Assembly: GCA_023248155.1 (NCBI GenBank)
Contig: JAHFFE010000002.1
Coordinates: forward strand, 197,673-254,863
Reading direction: 5' to 3'
Length of the DNA stretch: 57,191 bases
Source: Candidatus Omnitrophota bacterium
GTDB lineage: Bacteria > Omnitrophota > Gorgyraeia > 1-14-0-20-64-10
Under the pieces are notes generated by a model. It ran no database searches. It was given only the letters and a program-made list of their open reading frames with translations, and had not been told where the DNA came from. Position numbers and translations under genes: made by a program. Positions 1-8,872 of this stretch are shown here, in pieces (the stretch's first letter is position 1; the number at the start of each line of letters is the position of its first letter).

Positions 1-858
1 CTCTATGGCGAAATGGATGTTTCGACGATGACCGACCGTCCCGCCGGCCGCCAGCCGATCCGCACGCGCTGGGTCGATTCGACGCGGCGCGACGAAGTAT
101 TCGCTTCGGTTCGGAAGGAACTCGACGCCGGACGGCAGGCCTATGTCGTTTGTCCGCGCATCGGCAAGGAAAAAGAAAAAGCAAAAATAAAAAGCGAAAC
201 CCAGAACCAGTGGGATAAAACGTTCGCCGCGCCGGTAGAAGAAGAACCGCCCGAACCATCGGTGGCAACCGCCACGGCGATCTTCGCCGAGTATCAGAAG
301 ATTTTTTCCGGCTACCGGGTCGGGTTGTTGCACGGACGGATGCAGCCCGATGAACAGCGCCGCGTTTTTGCGGCGTTCCGTGAAAAAGAAATTCAGGTGT
401 TGGTGGCTACGCAGTTGATTGAAGTCGGCGTCGATATTCCCAACGCCACTGTGATGGTGATCGAGGGGGCCGAGCGGTTCGGCCTTTCGCAGCTGCATCA
501 GCTGCGCGGCCGCGTCGGCCGCGGCGAACACGAAGGGACCTGCATCCTCGTCGCGGAACCGAAATATCCGGACAGCGTCACGCGCATGCAGACAATGGTG
601 GAGCTGTCCGACGGATTCAAGATCGCCGAAGAAGATTTAAAACTGCGCGGCCCCGGCGAGATGCTGGGCAGCCGCCAGTCGGGCTTGCCCGATCTGAAAT
701 GTCTTGAATGGGCCACGCAGGGCAAATGGCTTGAGACGACCCGCGCCGAGGCCGAACAGTTATTGACGCAGGACCCCGGCCTCAGTCGATCCGAACACCG
801 GTTATTAAAAAAAGAAATCATCCTTCGTTTTCCGAGAATGCTGGAGACCACCGCGTGA
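1..858 (+). CDS. recG: ATP-dependent DNA helicase RecG, C-terminal part (5' end lies outside the window)
   Basis: Frame 1 is open to the window edge. Helicase C-terminal motifs VLVATQLIEVGVDIPNATVMVIEGAERFGLSQLHQLRGRVGRG are present. Confidence 0.85.
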   Translation, partial: LYGEMDVSTMTDRPAGRQPIRTRWVDSTRRDEVFASVRKELDAGRQAYVVCPRIGKEKEKAKIKSETQNQWDKTFAAPVEEEPPEPSVATATAIFAEYQKIFSGYRVGLLHGRMQPDEQRRVFAAFREKEIQVLVATQLIEVGVDIPNATVMVIEGAERFGLSQLHQLRGRVGRGEHEGTCILVAEPKYPDSVTRMQTMVELSDGFKIAEEDLKLRGPGEMLGSRQSGLPDLKCLEWATQGKWLETTRAEAEQLLTQDPGLSRSEHRLLKKEIILRFPRMLETTA

Positions 859-1424
859 GAATTACCGGCGGCGCTTATTCCGGACGGGTTCTTCGGGTTT
901 CTAAAACGCTGGAGTTGCGGCCTACTCAGGATTATGTGCGGCAGGCGCTCTTTAATATTTTAGGCGATGCCGTAGAGGGAAGCCGGATACTGGACCTGTT
1001 TGCCGGCACCGGCGCACTGGGCATTGAAGCGCTCAGCCGCGGCGCTGCCTCAGTTGATTTTGTCGAAAAAGATATTCCGGCCGTCCAGTCGATCCAAAAG
1101 AGTCTGGAACAGCTGGACTGGACCGAACTGGGGTCTAAAACCCGCATAATCCGCAAAGAAGCGCTGGCGGCGCTGGCGCAATTGGACCAGCAGGGATGCC
1201 GGTATCAGTTTGTCTTTTTAGACCCTCCGTACGGCGAGGATTGGCCCAGAAAAACCTTGAACGCCTTATCCCGCTATGCTATAGTTTCCCCCGGTGGCTG
1301 GGTGGTCGTAGAACAGGCTAAACGCGACCCGATTCCTGACCCCGATTTAGGGGAAAAGGGGCTTTTTTCACTCCGCCGAAAGCAATTGTACGGGGATACA
1401 GTCCTTCTTTTTTACCAGCAGTAA
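855..1424 (+). CDS. rsmD: 16S rRNA (guanine966-N2)-methyltransferase RsmD
   Basis: SAM-binding motif LDLFAGTGALGIEALSRGA and a DPPY motif. GTG start overlaps the recG stop by 4 nt. Confidence 0.85.
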   Translation: MRITGGAYSGRVLRVSKTLELRPTQDYVRQALFNILGDAVEGSRILDLFAGTGALGIEALSRGAASVDFVEKDIPAVQSIQKSLEQLDWTELGSKTRIIRKEALAALAQLDQQGCRYQFVFLDPPYGEDWPRKTLNALSRYAIVSPGGWVVVEQAKRDPIPDPDLGEKGLFSLRRKQLYGDTVLLFYQQ

Positions 1425-1459
1425 GGTCTTAACCCCCCAAAAAGGAGTTTGTTTGTCCG

Positions 1460-1963
1460 GTGAAACAGCGACGGTCCGCAGGATCCCGCATTGCGGTTTA
1501 TCCGGGCACCTTTGATCCCGTTACGAACGGTCATCTGGATTTAATCCGGCGCGCGGCCGAACTTTTCCCGCGCGTGATCGTCGGTGTTGCCGTGACCAAC
1601 AGCAAAGAGACGCTGTTTTCCGTCGAGGAGCGCGTTGAATTTCTGCGGCGGGCGACGCGGGCGATCAAGCCGGTGACGGTGCTTCCGATGGAAGGATTGG
1701 CCGTTAAATTCGCGCGCATTCACAAGGCTCCGGTCATTCTGCGCGGGTTGCGGATGTTGTCCGATTTTGAATATGAATTTCAGCTGGCATTGACCAACCG
1801 CCAGCTGGATCCGACGATTGAAACGGTTTTTTTGATGCCTTCCGCCGAATATTCGTATTTATCGTCGCGGTTGATTAAAGAGGCGGCGTCGCTGGGAGCG
1901 GATGTGCGCGGACTGATTCCAAAGTTCGTCGTTCCAAGGCTTCAGGAGAAGCTGGGCCGGTGA
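1460..1963 (+). CDS. coaD: phosphopantetheine adenylyltransferase
   Basis: YPGTFDPVTNGHLD nucleotidyltransferase motif. Length is 167 aa. Confidence 0.9.
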   Translation: MKQRRSAGSRIAVYPGTFDPVTNGHLDLIRRAAELFPRVIVGVAVTNSKETLFSVEERVEFLRRATRAIKPVTVLPMEGLAVKFARIHKAPVILRGLRMLSDFEYEFQLALTNRQLDPTIETVFLMPSAEYSYLSSRLIKEAASLGADVRGLIPKFVVPRLQEKLGR

Positions 1964-2373
1964 AGATTAAAGTCGCCGACATTCCGGAAGAGGAAAGCCT
2001 CACGCTTCAAGAATCGTTGCGGCCGGAGCCGCTGCGTTTGGAAACTCCGGTCTGGAAATTTTCGGGACCGCTGGAACTGACGGCATCGTTCCAGCGTACC
2101 GATGATGTCGTACTGGTTGCCGTGGAATTATCCGGTCCGACACAGCGCGTCTGCGCGCGGTGCCTGGAGCCGTACTCGGCCGATTACAGCGGCCGGTTTC
2201 ATTTGGATTATCAGCTGAACCCTTCGATGACGCTCGACATCACCGAAGATGTTCGGCAGGAAATTTTACTCAGTTATCCGGTTCGTCCGCTGTGCCGGGA
2301 CGATTGCCGGGGATTGTGTCCCCAGTGCGGGGCCAATTTGAATGAAAGGAGTTGTTCTCATGCCTCTTCCTAA
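1960..2373 (+). CDS. DUF177 / YceD-family protein
   Basis: Cys cluster CARCLEPY...CRDDCRGLCPQCGANLN. It sits in the conserved position directly upstream of rpmF-plsX. Confidence 0.8.
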   Translation: MKIKVADIPEEESLTLQESLRPEPLRLETPVWKFSGPLELTASFQRTDDVVLVAVELSGPTQRVCARCLEPYSADYSGRFHLDYQLNPSMTLDITEDVRQEILLSYPVRPLCRDDCRGLCPQCGANLNERSCSHASS

Positions 2374-2551
2374 GCGTCGATTCTCGCGTTCACGCCGTGA
2401 CAAGCGCAGAACGCAGATCCACTTAAAAGCTGCTTCCGTGACGAAGTGTTCTCAGTGTGCTTCGCCGTTGGTGACGCACCAGATCTGCACGGTCTGCGGT
2501 TATTACCGCGGCCGCGCCGTGGTTGCCGTTAAAACCAAGAAATCCGCGTAA
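2360..2551 (+). CDS. rpmF: 50S ribosomal protein L32
   Basis: PLPKRRFSRSRRDKRR N-terminus plus a CxxC...CxxC zinc ribbon. I moved the start from the track's 2342 to ATG 2360, which is preceded by GAAAGGAG. Confidence 0.9.
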   Translation: MPLPKRRFSRSRRDKRRTQIHLKAASVTKCSQCASPLVTHQICTVCGYYRGRAVVAVKTKKSA

Positions 2552-2559
2552 AAAACTCC

Positions 2560-3570
2560 ATGGTCCGGATCGGAGTCGACGGAATGGGCGGCGACCGCGC
2601 GCCCGGCGTCGTGGTAGATGGAGCCGTTGAAGCGGCCCGTTCACTGAAGGTCGAAATTGTTTTGATCGGTCCGAAAGATGTTATGGACCGTGAACTCAAA
2701 CGGCATTCGTCTGTCCCGTCCAACCTGCGCGTGCATCATGCGCCCGAGGTGATCGGAATGGCCGAATCTCCGGCTGCCAGCGTCCGCAAGAAACCGAACT
2801 CCTCCATCTGCCAGATGGTTGAATTGGCAAAAAACGGCGAGGTCGACGCGATCGTCAGCGCCGGAAACACCGGAGCCGTTGTCTGCGCCGCGACGATGGG
2901 ACTGGGTCTGCTCGAAGGAATCGAGCGGCCCGGCATTGCCGTCGTGATCCCCTCCGTGAAAGGACCTGTGGCCGTTCTCGATGTCGGCGCCAACATTGAT
3001 CCCAAACCGGCGCACCTGTTCCAGTACGGATTGATGGGATCAGTCTACATGCAGCATGTGCTCAACGTGGACAATCCATCGGTCGGTCTGCTGAATGTCG
3101 GCGAAGAAGAATCCAAAGGAACCGATTTCATGAAGCAGGTATTTAAACTGCTGGGCGATTCCGACCTGAACTTTATCGGCAATGTGGAAGGCCGCGACAT
3201 TTACCGCGGTAAATCGCATGTGGTGGTGACCGACGGCTTCGTCGGTAATGTGACGCTGAAAGTGTCGGAGGGAATCGTCTTCGCGCTGACCGAACTGCTC
3301 AAGCGGGAACTCAAACGAACCTGGCTCAATAAAATGGGCGCGTTGTTGCTGCTGCCGGCGTTCAAGCGGCTTAAAAAACAGCTCGATTACGCGCAGTACG
3401 GCGGGGCCCCTCTGCTGGGTGTGAAGGGTGCCTGTTTTATCGGGCACGGATCTTCGTCGGCGCATGCGATCCATAACGCGATCATCGCGGCCGTCACTTT
3501 TGTTTCACACGATGTGAACCGCGCCATTATCGAGAAGGTTCAACAACAACCAAAAGGGGCCGCGGTATGA
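2560..3570 (+). CDS. plsX: phosphate acyltransferase PlsX
   Basis: GVDGMGGD N-terminal motif, 336 aa, and rpmF-plsX-fabH synteny. Confidence 0.9.
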   Translation: MVRIGVDGMGGDRAPGVVVDGAVEAARSLKVEIVLIGPKDVMDRELKRHSSVPSNLRVHHAPEVIGMAESPAASVRKKPNSSICQMVELAKNGEVDAIVSAGNTGAVVCAATMGLGLLEGIERPGIAVVIPSVKGPVAVLDVGANIDPKPAHLFQYGLMGSVYMQHVLNVDNPSVGLLNVGEEESKGTDFMKQVFKLLGDSDLNFIGNVEGRDIYRGKSHVVVTDGFVGNVTLKVSEGIVFALTELLKRELKRTWLNKMGALLLLPAFKRLKKQLDYAQYGGAPLLGVKGACFIGHGSSSAHAIHNAIIAAVTFVSHDVNRAIIEKVQQQPKGAAV

Positions 3571-4547
3571 GCCGAGCTGTTGGATTTAAAGGTCTTGGTT
3601 TTTATCTGCCCGAACGGATCATGACCAACGATGATGTCGCAAAGATCGTTGATACCAATGATGAATGGATCCGTACGCGCACCGGCATCTCGACGCGGCG
3701 CATTGCCGCGGCGAATGAAAATACCAGCGACCTGGCCGTCAAGGCTGCGCAGGCCGCCATCGCCGACGCCGGCCTGACCGTTAATGACATCGATCTGATT
3801 CTTGTGGCGACAATGACGCCCGATATGCCGTGTCCGTCGACCGCCTGCCTGGTGCAGACCAAGCTGGGCGCTCCGACGATTGCGGCGACCGATGTATCGG
3901 CCGCCTGCTCCGGATTTGTTTACGGCGTCGTCGTGGGCCAGCAGTTTATCGCCAGCGGAACTTACAACCATGTGCTGGTAATCGGCGCCGAGGTGCTCTC
4001 GCGCGTCGTCGACTGGCAGGACCGTTCCACCTGTGTTTTATTCGGCGACGGCGCCGGCGCGGTGGTGTTGGGGCCGGTCGAAAGCGGCGGCATTTTATCG
4101 ACGGTGCTGGGCGCCAATGGCGCGCAGGCCGATCTGTTGAAAGTGCCCGGCGGCGGCACGGCTCAGCCGACTTCGCTGGCGTCGATCGAAGCCCGCGCCC
4201 ATTATTTGAAAATGAACGGCGGCGAAGTATTCAAGCATGCGGTGCGCGGCATGTCCGACGCGGCGTTGCTGGCGATCAAGAAGGCCGGCATTTCTCCCGA
4301 GAAAATCGCCTGCGTTGTTCCGCATCAGGCCAATATCCGCATCATCCAGTCGGTCGTCGAGCGCGCCGGAATTCCGATGGAAAAAGTTTATTTGAATGTT
4401 CACCGCTACGGCAACATGTCGGCCGCATCGACAGTGGTTGCGCTTTGTGAGGCCGTGAAAGAAGGCCGCATCAAGAAGGGCGATTACGCGCTGTTGGTCG
4501 CATTCGGCGCCGGTCTCACTTGGGGCGCTGCCGTAGTCCAGTGGTAG
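3567..4547 (+). CDS. fabH: 3-oxoacyl-ACP synthase III
   Basis: KAS III catalytic contexts SAACSGF (Cys), PHQANIRI (His) and YGNMSAAS (Asn). Confidence 0.9.
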   Translation: MSRAVGFKGLGFYLPERIMTNDDVAKIVDTNDEWIRTRTGISTRRIAAANENTSDLAVKAAQAAIADAGLTVNDIDLILVATMTPDMPCPSTACLVQTKLGAPTIAATDVSAACSGFVYGVVVGQQFIASGTYNHVLVIGAEVLSRVVDWQDRSTCVLFGDGAGAVVLGPVESGGILSTVLGANGAQADLLKVPGGGTAQPTSLASIEARAHYLKMNGGEVFKHAVRGMSDAALLAIKKAGISPEKIACVVPHQANIRIIQSVVERAGIPMEKVYLNVHRYGNMSAASTVVALCEAVKEGRIKKGDYALLVAFGAGLTWGAAVVQW

Positions 4548-5479
4548 CGCCGTACGCATTATTATTTCCGGGGCAGGGCGCGCAGTCCATCGGCATGGGC
4601 AAAGATCTGGCGGCCGCCTATCCTGCAGCCAAAGCCCGCTTTGACGAAGCCGACGCGATTCTGGGCTACTCGATTAGTCAACTCTGCTGGGAAGGTCCCG
4701 CCGATCAATTAACCCGCACCGAGCATTGCCAGCCGGCGCTCTATGTTTCTTCATTCGCGGCATTGGCCGCGCTGGAATCGGAATTGGGAAACAAAGCTCC
4801 TTTAAAACCATCGGCCGGCGCCGGGTTAAGTCTGGGTGAATATACGGCATTGGCGGCGGCCGGGGCGGTCTCATTTGCCGACGGATTGAAGCTGGTCCGT
4901 TTGCGCGGGCAGGCGATGCAGGAAGCGGCTCAGAAAACAGCCGGTGCGATGGCCAGCGTTTTGGGAATGGAACTCGACGCGCTTTCCGCGGTGTGCGCCG
5001 AGAGCGGCGCGCAGGTAGCCAATTTAAATTCACCGGGGCAGATCGTTATTTCCGGAACCGCCGAATCGGTTGCGGCCGCTTCCGCGAAAGCAAAAGAAAA
5101 AGGGGCCAAGCGGGTGATTCCGCTCGAGGTGGCCGGCGCGTTTCATTCCCGATTAATGGAGCCCGCTGCCGATAAGCTGCGGCAAGCGCTTCTTTCGGTC
5201 GGGGTTCAGAATGCCCACTATTCAGTCCTAAGTAACGTTACGGGGGTTTATCATGCCGATCCAGAGTCGATTCGAAAACGGTTAGTGGAGCAATTAACCC
5301 ATTCTGTAAATTGGATCGGCTGTGTTGAAACAATGGCTAAATCAGGCATTAAAACCTATTTTGAGCTGGGATCCGGCACCGTTCTCAAGGGGCTGGTCAA
5401 GAAGATTGATCCGGAAGCGGTGGTCTATTCCGTTGGAACTCCGGAGCAGGTAAAGGAAGTTGCGGGGTTGTGGGCTTAA
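4520..5479 (+). CDS. fabD: malonyl-CoA:ACP transacylase
   Basis: LFPGQGAQSIGMG and the active-site motif GLSLGEY. The start is uncertain: TTG 4520 from the track, or GTG about 4541. Confidence 0.9.
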   Translation: MGRCRSPVVAPYALLFPGQGAQSIGMGKDLAAAYPAAKARFDEADAILGYSISQLCWEGPADQLTRTEHCQPALYVSSFAALAALESELGNKAPLKPSAGAGLSLGEYTALAAAGAVSFADGLKLVRLRGQAMQEAAQKTAGAMASVLGMELDALSAVCAESGAQVANLNSPGQIVISGTAESVAAASAKAKEKGAKRVIPLEVAGAFHSRLMEPAADKLRQALLSVGVQNAHYSVLSNVTGVYHADPESIRKRLVEQLTHSVNWIGCVETMAKSGIKTYFELGSGTVLKGLVKKIDPEAVVYSVGTPEQVKEVAGLWA

Positions 5480-5542
5480 AGAACTTGACAAAAAAGACGG
5501 CATCGCTATACTGGCAAGATACAAATTTTTAGGAGGATTACA

Positions 5543-5791
5543 ATGAGCAATCTGATCGAGAAGGTAAAAGGAATTGTGGCGGAGCAGTTGGGTGTTAAGC
5601 CGGAAGAAGTGACGCCGGAAGCCAAGTTCATCGATGATTTGGGCGCCGATTCGCTCGATACCGTCGAATTGGTCATGGCTCTGGAAGAAGAGTTTGGTCT
5701 CGAGATCCCGGATGAAGAAGCCGAGAAGCTGGTTACCGTCGGCGACGCCATCAAGTACATCGAGACGAAAGCCGGCCAGAAGGCCTCTTAA
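5543..5791 (+). CDS. acpP: acyl carrier protein
   Basis: [20 protein letters not shown] phosphopantetheine-attachment motif. AGGAGG lies upstream. Confidence 0.95.
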   Translation: MSNLIEKVKGIVAEQLGVKPEEVTPEAKFIDDLGADSLDTVELVMALEEEFGLEIPDEEAEKLVTVGDAIKYIETKAGQKAS

Positions 5792-5815
5792 AAAAACCGC
5801 AGGTTTCTCTCCCTC

Positions 5816-7063
5816 GTGGAAAAAAAACGCCGCGTTGTTGTCACCGGTTTGGGGGTTATTTCCCCTGTCGGGAACACCGTTTCTGAAGCGTGGGATTCGA
5901 TGGTCCACGGCAAGAGCGGTGTCGGTCCGCTTTCTTTGTTTGATGCTTCCCAATATCCGACGAGAATCGCGGCTGAGGTCAAAAATTTTGACCCCTCCGC
6001 GCATCTCTCCCATAAAGAGCTGAAGCATTCCGACCGGTTCGTCCAGTTTTCGGTGGTGGCCGCCAAACAGGCGGTTGCCGATGCCAAGCTGGACATGACC
6101 CAGCAGGATCCGACGCGCGTCGGCGTCTGGATCGGCACCGGCATGGGCGGCTTGGGAACGCTGGAAGAAGGATACCGCGATCTCTCGACGCGCGGACCGA
6201 GCAAGGTCCGCCCGTTTTTCATCCCGATGATTATCTGCAACATGGCGCCGGGCCAGGTTTCCATCAGCATCGGCGCCAAAGGTCCGAATTCTTGCACTGT
6301 CAGCGCCTGTGCTTCCGGCGCGCATGCCATCGGTGATGCCAAAGAAATCATTGAGCGCGGCGCGGCCGATGTCGTAGTTTGCGGCGGATCCGAATGCGCG
6401 ATCACGCCGCTGGGCGTGGCCGGTTTCTGCGCGCTGAAAGCGTTGTCAACGCGCAACGATGAGCCGTTGACGGCCAGCCGCCCGTTTGACAAAACGCGCG
6501 ACGGATTCGTGATCGCCGAAGGCGCGGCGATGATTGTATTGGAAGAGCTGGAGCATGCGAAAGCCCGAGGCGCGCACATTTACGGCGAGCTGGTCGGTTA
6601 CGGCATGACCGGCGACGCCTACCATATTACGGCGCCGGATCCGGATGGAACCGGTGCGGCCGGAGCAATGGCCGCGGCACTCAAGACCGCCGGCATCAAG
6701 GGCGATCAAATTTCCTATATTAACGCGCATGGAACTTCCACGCCGCTGAACGATAAAATTGAAACCAAAGCGATCAAGCAGGTATTTGGCGCGCAGGCGT
6801 ACAAAATACCGGTCAGCTCGACGAAGTCTACAACGGGCCATCTGCTGGGCGCCGCCGGCGCCATTGAATTCATGGCCTGCTGTCTGGCTCTGAAAGACCA
6901 GACCATTCCACCCACCATCAATTACAAAACGCCGGATCCGGAATGCGATCTCGATTATGTTCCGAATGAGGCGCGCCGCGTGAAACTCGACTATTTAATG
7001 AGCAACTCACTCGGCTTTGGCGGGCACAATGTCAGTTTGATCGTCAAGAAATTCGAAGGATAA
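5816..7063 (+). CDS. fabF: 3-oxoacyl-ACP synthase II
   Basis: KAS II motifs [22 protein letters not shown] and TGHLLGAAG. Confidence 0.95.
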   Translation: MEKKRRVVVTGLGVISPVGNTVSEAWDSMVHGKSGVGPLSLFDASQYPTRIAAEVKNFDPSAHLSHKELKHSDRFVQFSVVAAKQAVADAKLDMTQQDPTRVGVWIGTGMGGLGTLEEGYRDLSTRGPSKVRPFFIPMIICNMAPGQVSISIGAKGPNSCTVSACASGAHAIGDAKEIIERGAADVVVCGGSECAITPLGVAGFCALKALSTRNDEPLTASRPFDKTRDGFVIAEGAAMIVLEELEHAKARGAHIYGELVGYGMTGDAYHITAPDPDGTGAAGAMAAALKTAGIKGDQISYINAHGTSTPLNDKIETKAIKQVFGAQAYKIPVSSTKSTTGHLLGAAGAIEFMACCLALKDQTIPPTINYKTPDPECDLDYVPNEARRVKLDYLMSNSLGFGGHNVSLIVKKFEG

Positions 7064-7076
7064 ACCCGGAGAGCGC

Positions 7077-7844
7077 ATGCTTCTTCAAGGTAAAAAAGGA
7101 CTGGTGGTCGGCGTCGCGAATAAACGATCGATCGCCTGGGCGATCGCGCAGGCGGCCCACCGCGAGGGGGCCCAGCTGGCGTTTACCTATCAGGGCGAGC
7201 GGTTAAAAGAATCGGTGACCGAACTGGCCGCTTCGTTGGGCGGAACCAGCCCTTTGTTTGAGTGCGATGTCACCAATGACGCGCAGATTCAGCAGGCGAT
7301 CGACGGCGTCAAAGCGTCTTTCGGAACGATCGATTTCCTGGTCCACGCGGTGGCGTTCGCCAAGCGCGAGGAATTGGAAAACGAATTCGTGACCACTTCG
7401 CGCGAAGGGTTCAAGATGGCGCTTGATGTTTCCAGCTACAGTCTGGTGGCGCTGGCGCAGAAAGCGGCGCCGATCTTTTCCGAGGGGGCCAGCATTATCG
7501 CGCTGACCTACTACGGCGCAGAGAAGGTCATTCCCCGTTACAACGTCATGGGCGTGGCCAAAGCGGCGCTGGAAGCGGCGATCCGCTACCTGGCGTTCGA
7601 TCTGGGCGCCAAAAAGATCCGCGTCAACGGCGTCTCAGCCGGACCGGTGCAGACGCTGGCCGCGCGCGGAATTTCCGGTTTTACCGATATGATGAAAATT
7701 GTCGAGTCCCGCGCGCCGCTGCGGCGCAATGTGGAAATCGGCGAGGTCGCCAATGCAGCGGTGTTCCTGCTCTCTCCATTATCGTCGGGCATCACCGGTG
7801 AGATCCTCTACGTCGATTGCGGCTATAACATCGTCGGAATGTAA
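7077..7844 (+). CDS. fabI: enoyl-ACP reductase (NADH), FabI type
   Basis: GVANKRSIAWAIA N-terminus and the YNVMGVAKAALEA catalytic Tyr/Lys region. Length is 255 aa. Confidence 0.9.
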   Translation: MLLQGKKGLVVGVANKRSIAWAIAQAAHREGAQLAFTYQGERLKESVTELAASLGGTSPLFECDVTNDAQIQQAIDGVKASFGTIDFLVHAVAFAKREELENEFVTTSREGFKMALDVSSYSLVALAQKAAPIFSEGASIIALTYYGAEKVIPRYNVMGVAKAALEAAIRYLAFDLGAKKIRVNGVSAGPVQTLAARGISGFTDMMKIVESRAPLRRNVEIGEVANAAVFLLSPLSSGITGEILYVDCGYNIVGM

Positions 7845-7846
7845 CG

Positions 7847-8734
7847 ATGGCGCATGGTTGGCGTTCCCGCCAGCATCACTATAAACAAAAACTCCGCTCT
7901 GAAGTGGTTGTCTTCGCCGCCGGCGCGCTGATTCTCGGTTTCCTTTTTTCCGTCTGGGCCGATTCGCAAATGAAATCCAGTGCGTCATACCGTCACAGTT
8001 TAGCCGCGCCGTATTCCGCGCCGCGTCCCGCGTCCGATACATTCTCGGATATTTTGCAAAAACAAACCGTTGACACCGATTGGGATTCCTACACTCACGG
8101 GAAATCTTCTCCGGAATCGGAACCGCAAGCGGAAACAGGGCAGGAAACGCCCGCTTCAACTGAAACCCCGGCATCCCCGTCAGCGGTTGTCCCCGAACCA
8201 GCTGCGCCGACGATGCCCGCACTGTTTTCGGGGCCGGCCGCAGCCGCCTCGTATGACTGGGTCGAGATCCTTCTTCCGGCCGTGATGGAATCGACGATGC
8301 CGGTGGTGATGGATACCGCGATGCACCGGTTGACCAGCGCGATGGAAGCCGCCGGTGAACACTCACTGGCGCGCCGGTTCACCGAAGAAGAGTTCAACCG
8401 GTTCGTCGTCAATTATGTCAACCGTGAATCGGGCGGGCAGCTGCGGTCAATGCGCGTAGGGCTTCGGCCCGAAGGATTTTTATTCCAGGCCCAGGCGTTT
8501 GTTGGAAAAGATCAGTTTCCGGTCAGCGGGTTAATCCGTTTCTCTCTCTCCGATTTCACCCCAAAACTTTCGATCAAAGAATTGAAAATTGCTTCCCATG
8601 CGGTTTCCGATAAAACCTGCGGTCAACTCGAAAAACTGGTTAACCAGAAAATCGCCCAGAAAAATTATCCGCTGCAGGTTAAAGAGTTTCAGATGAAGGA
8701 TGGGGCGGTCTGGATGTCGGTCGAAACCGTCTAG
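7847..8734 (+). CDS. hypothetical membrane-anchored protein
   Basis: One N-terminal hydrophobic helix (VVVFAAGALILGFLFSVW), a Pro/Ser/Ala-rich linker and a C-terminal globular part. I recognise no family. It starts 3 nt after fabI. Confidence 0.5.
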   Translation: MAHGWRSRQHHYKQKLRSEVVVFAAGALILGFLFSVWADSQMKSSASYRHSLAAPYSAPRPASDTFSDILQKQTVDTDWDSYTHGKSSPESEPQAETGQETPASTETPASPSAVVPEPAAPTMPALFSGPAAAASYDWVEILLPAVMESTMPVVMDTAMHRLTSAMEAAGEHSLARRFTEEEFNRFVVNYVNRESGGQLRSMRVGLRPEGFLFQAQAFVGKDQFPVSGLIRFSLSDFTPKLSIKELKIASHAVSDKTCGQLEKLVNQKIAQKNYPLQVKEFQMKDGAVWMSVETV

Positions 8735-8812
8735 CCGTTTACCGAAAAAGGCCCATCTGCTCTCCCGCCACAACTATATGTAGGGGTTTTTATTTTAGGT
8801 TACCCCATGATA

Positions 8813-8840
8813 TTGATCTTAAGCACAACTACGGTATAAT
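8813..8840 (+). promoter_or_regulatory. putative sigma70-type promoter of smc
   Basis: TTGATC, a 16-nt spacer, then TATAAT about 33 nt upstream of the smc GTG, in an AT-rich spacer. Confidence 0.35.
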
Positions 8841-8872
8841 GAATCTAACTTTGGGAGAGAAGATAAAATCCT

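Noticed and set aside
3830-4450. 206-aa alternative-frame ORF inside fabH
   Set aside because: It is an extremely Arg-rich off-frame product of a GC-rich gene, and fabH in the other frame has all its catalytic motifs.
5342-6579. Minus-strand ORFs of 327 aa and 263 aa antisense to acpP/fabF. Similar cases are 10848-11690 in smc, and 51854-52675 and 52542-53291 in P3.
   Set aside because: They overlap strongly supported genes, are Arg/Ala/Pro-rich as expected for shadow frames in GC-rich DNA, and match no motif I recognise.
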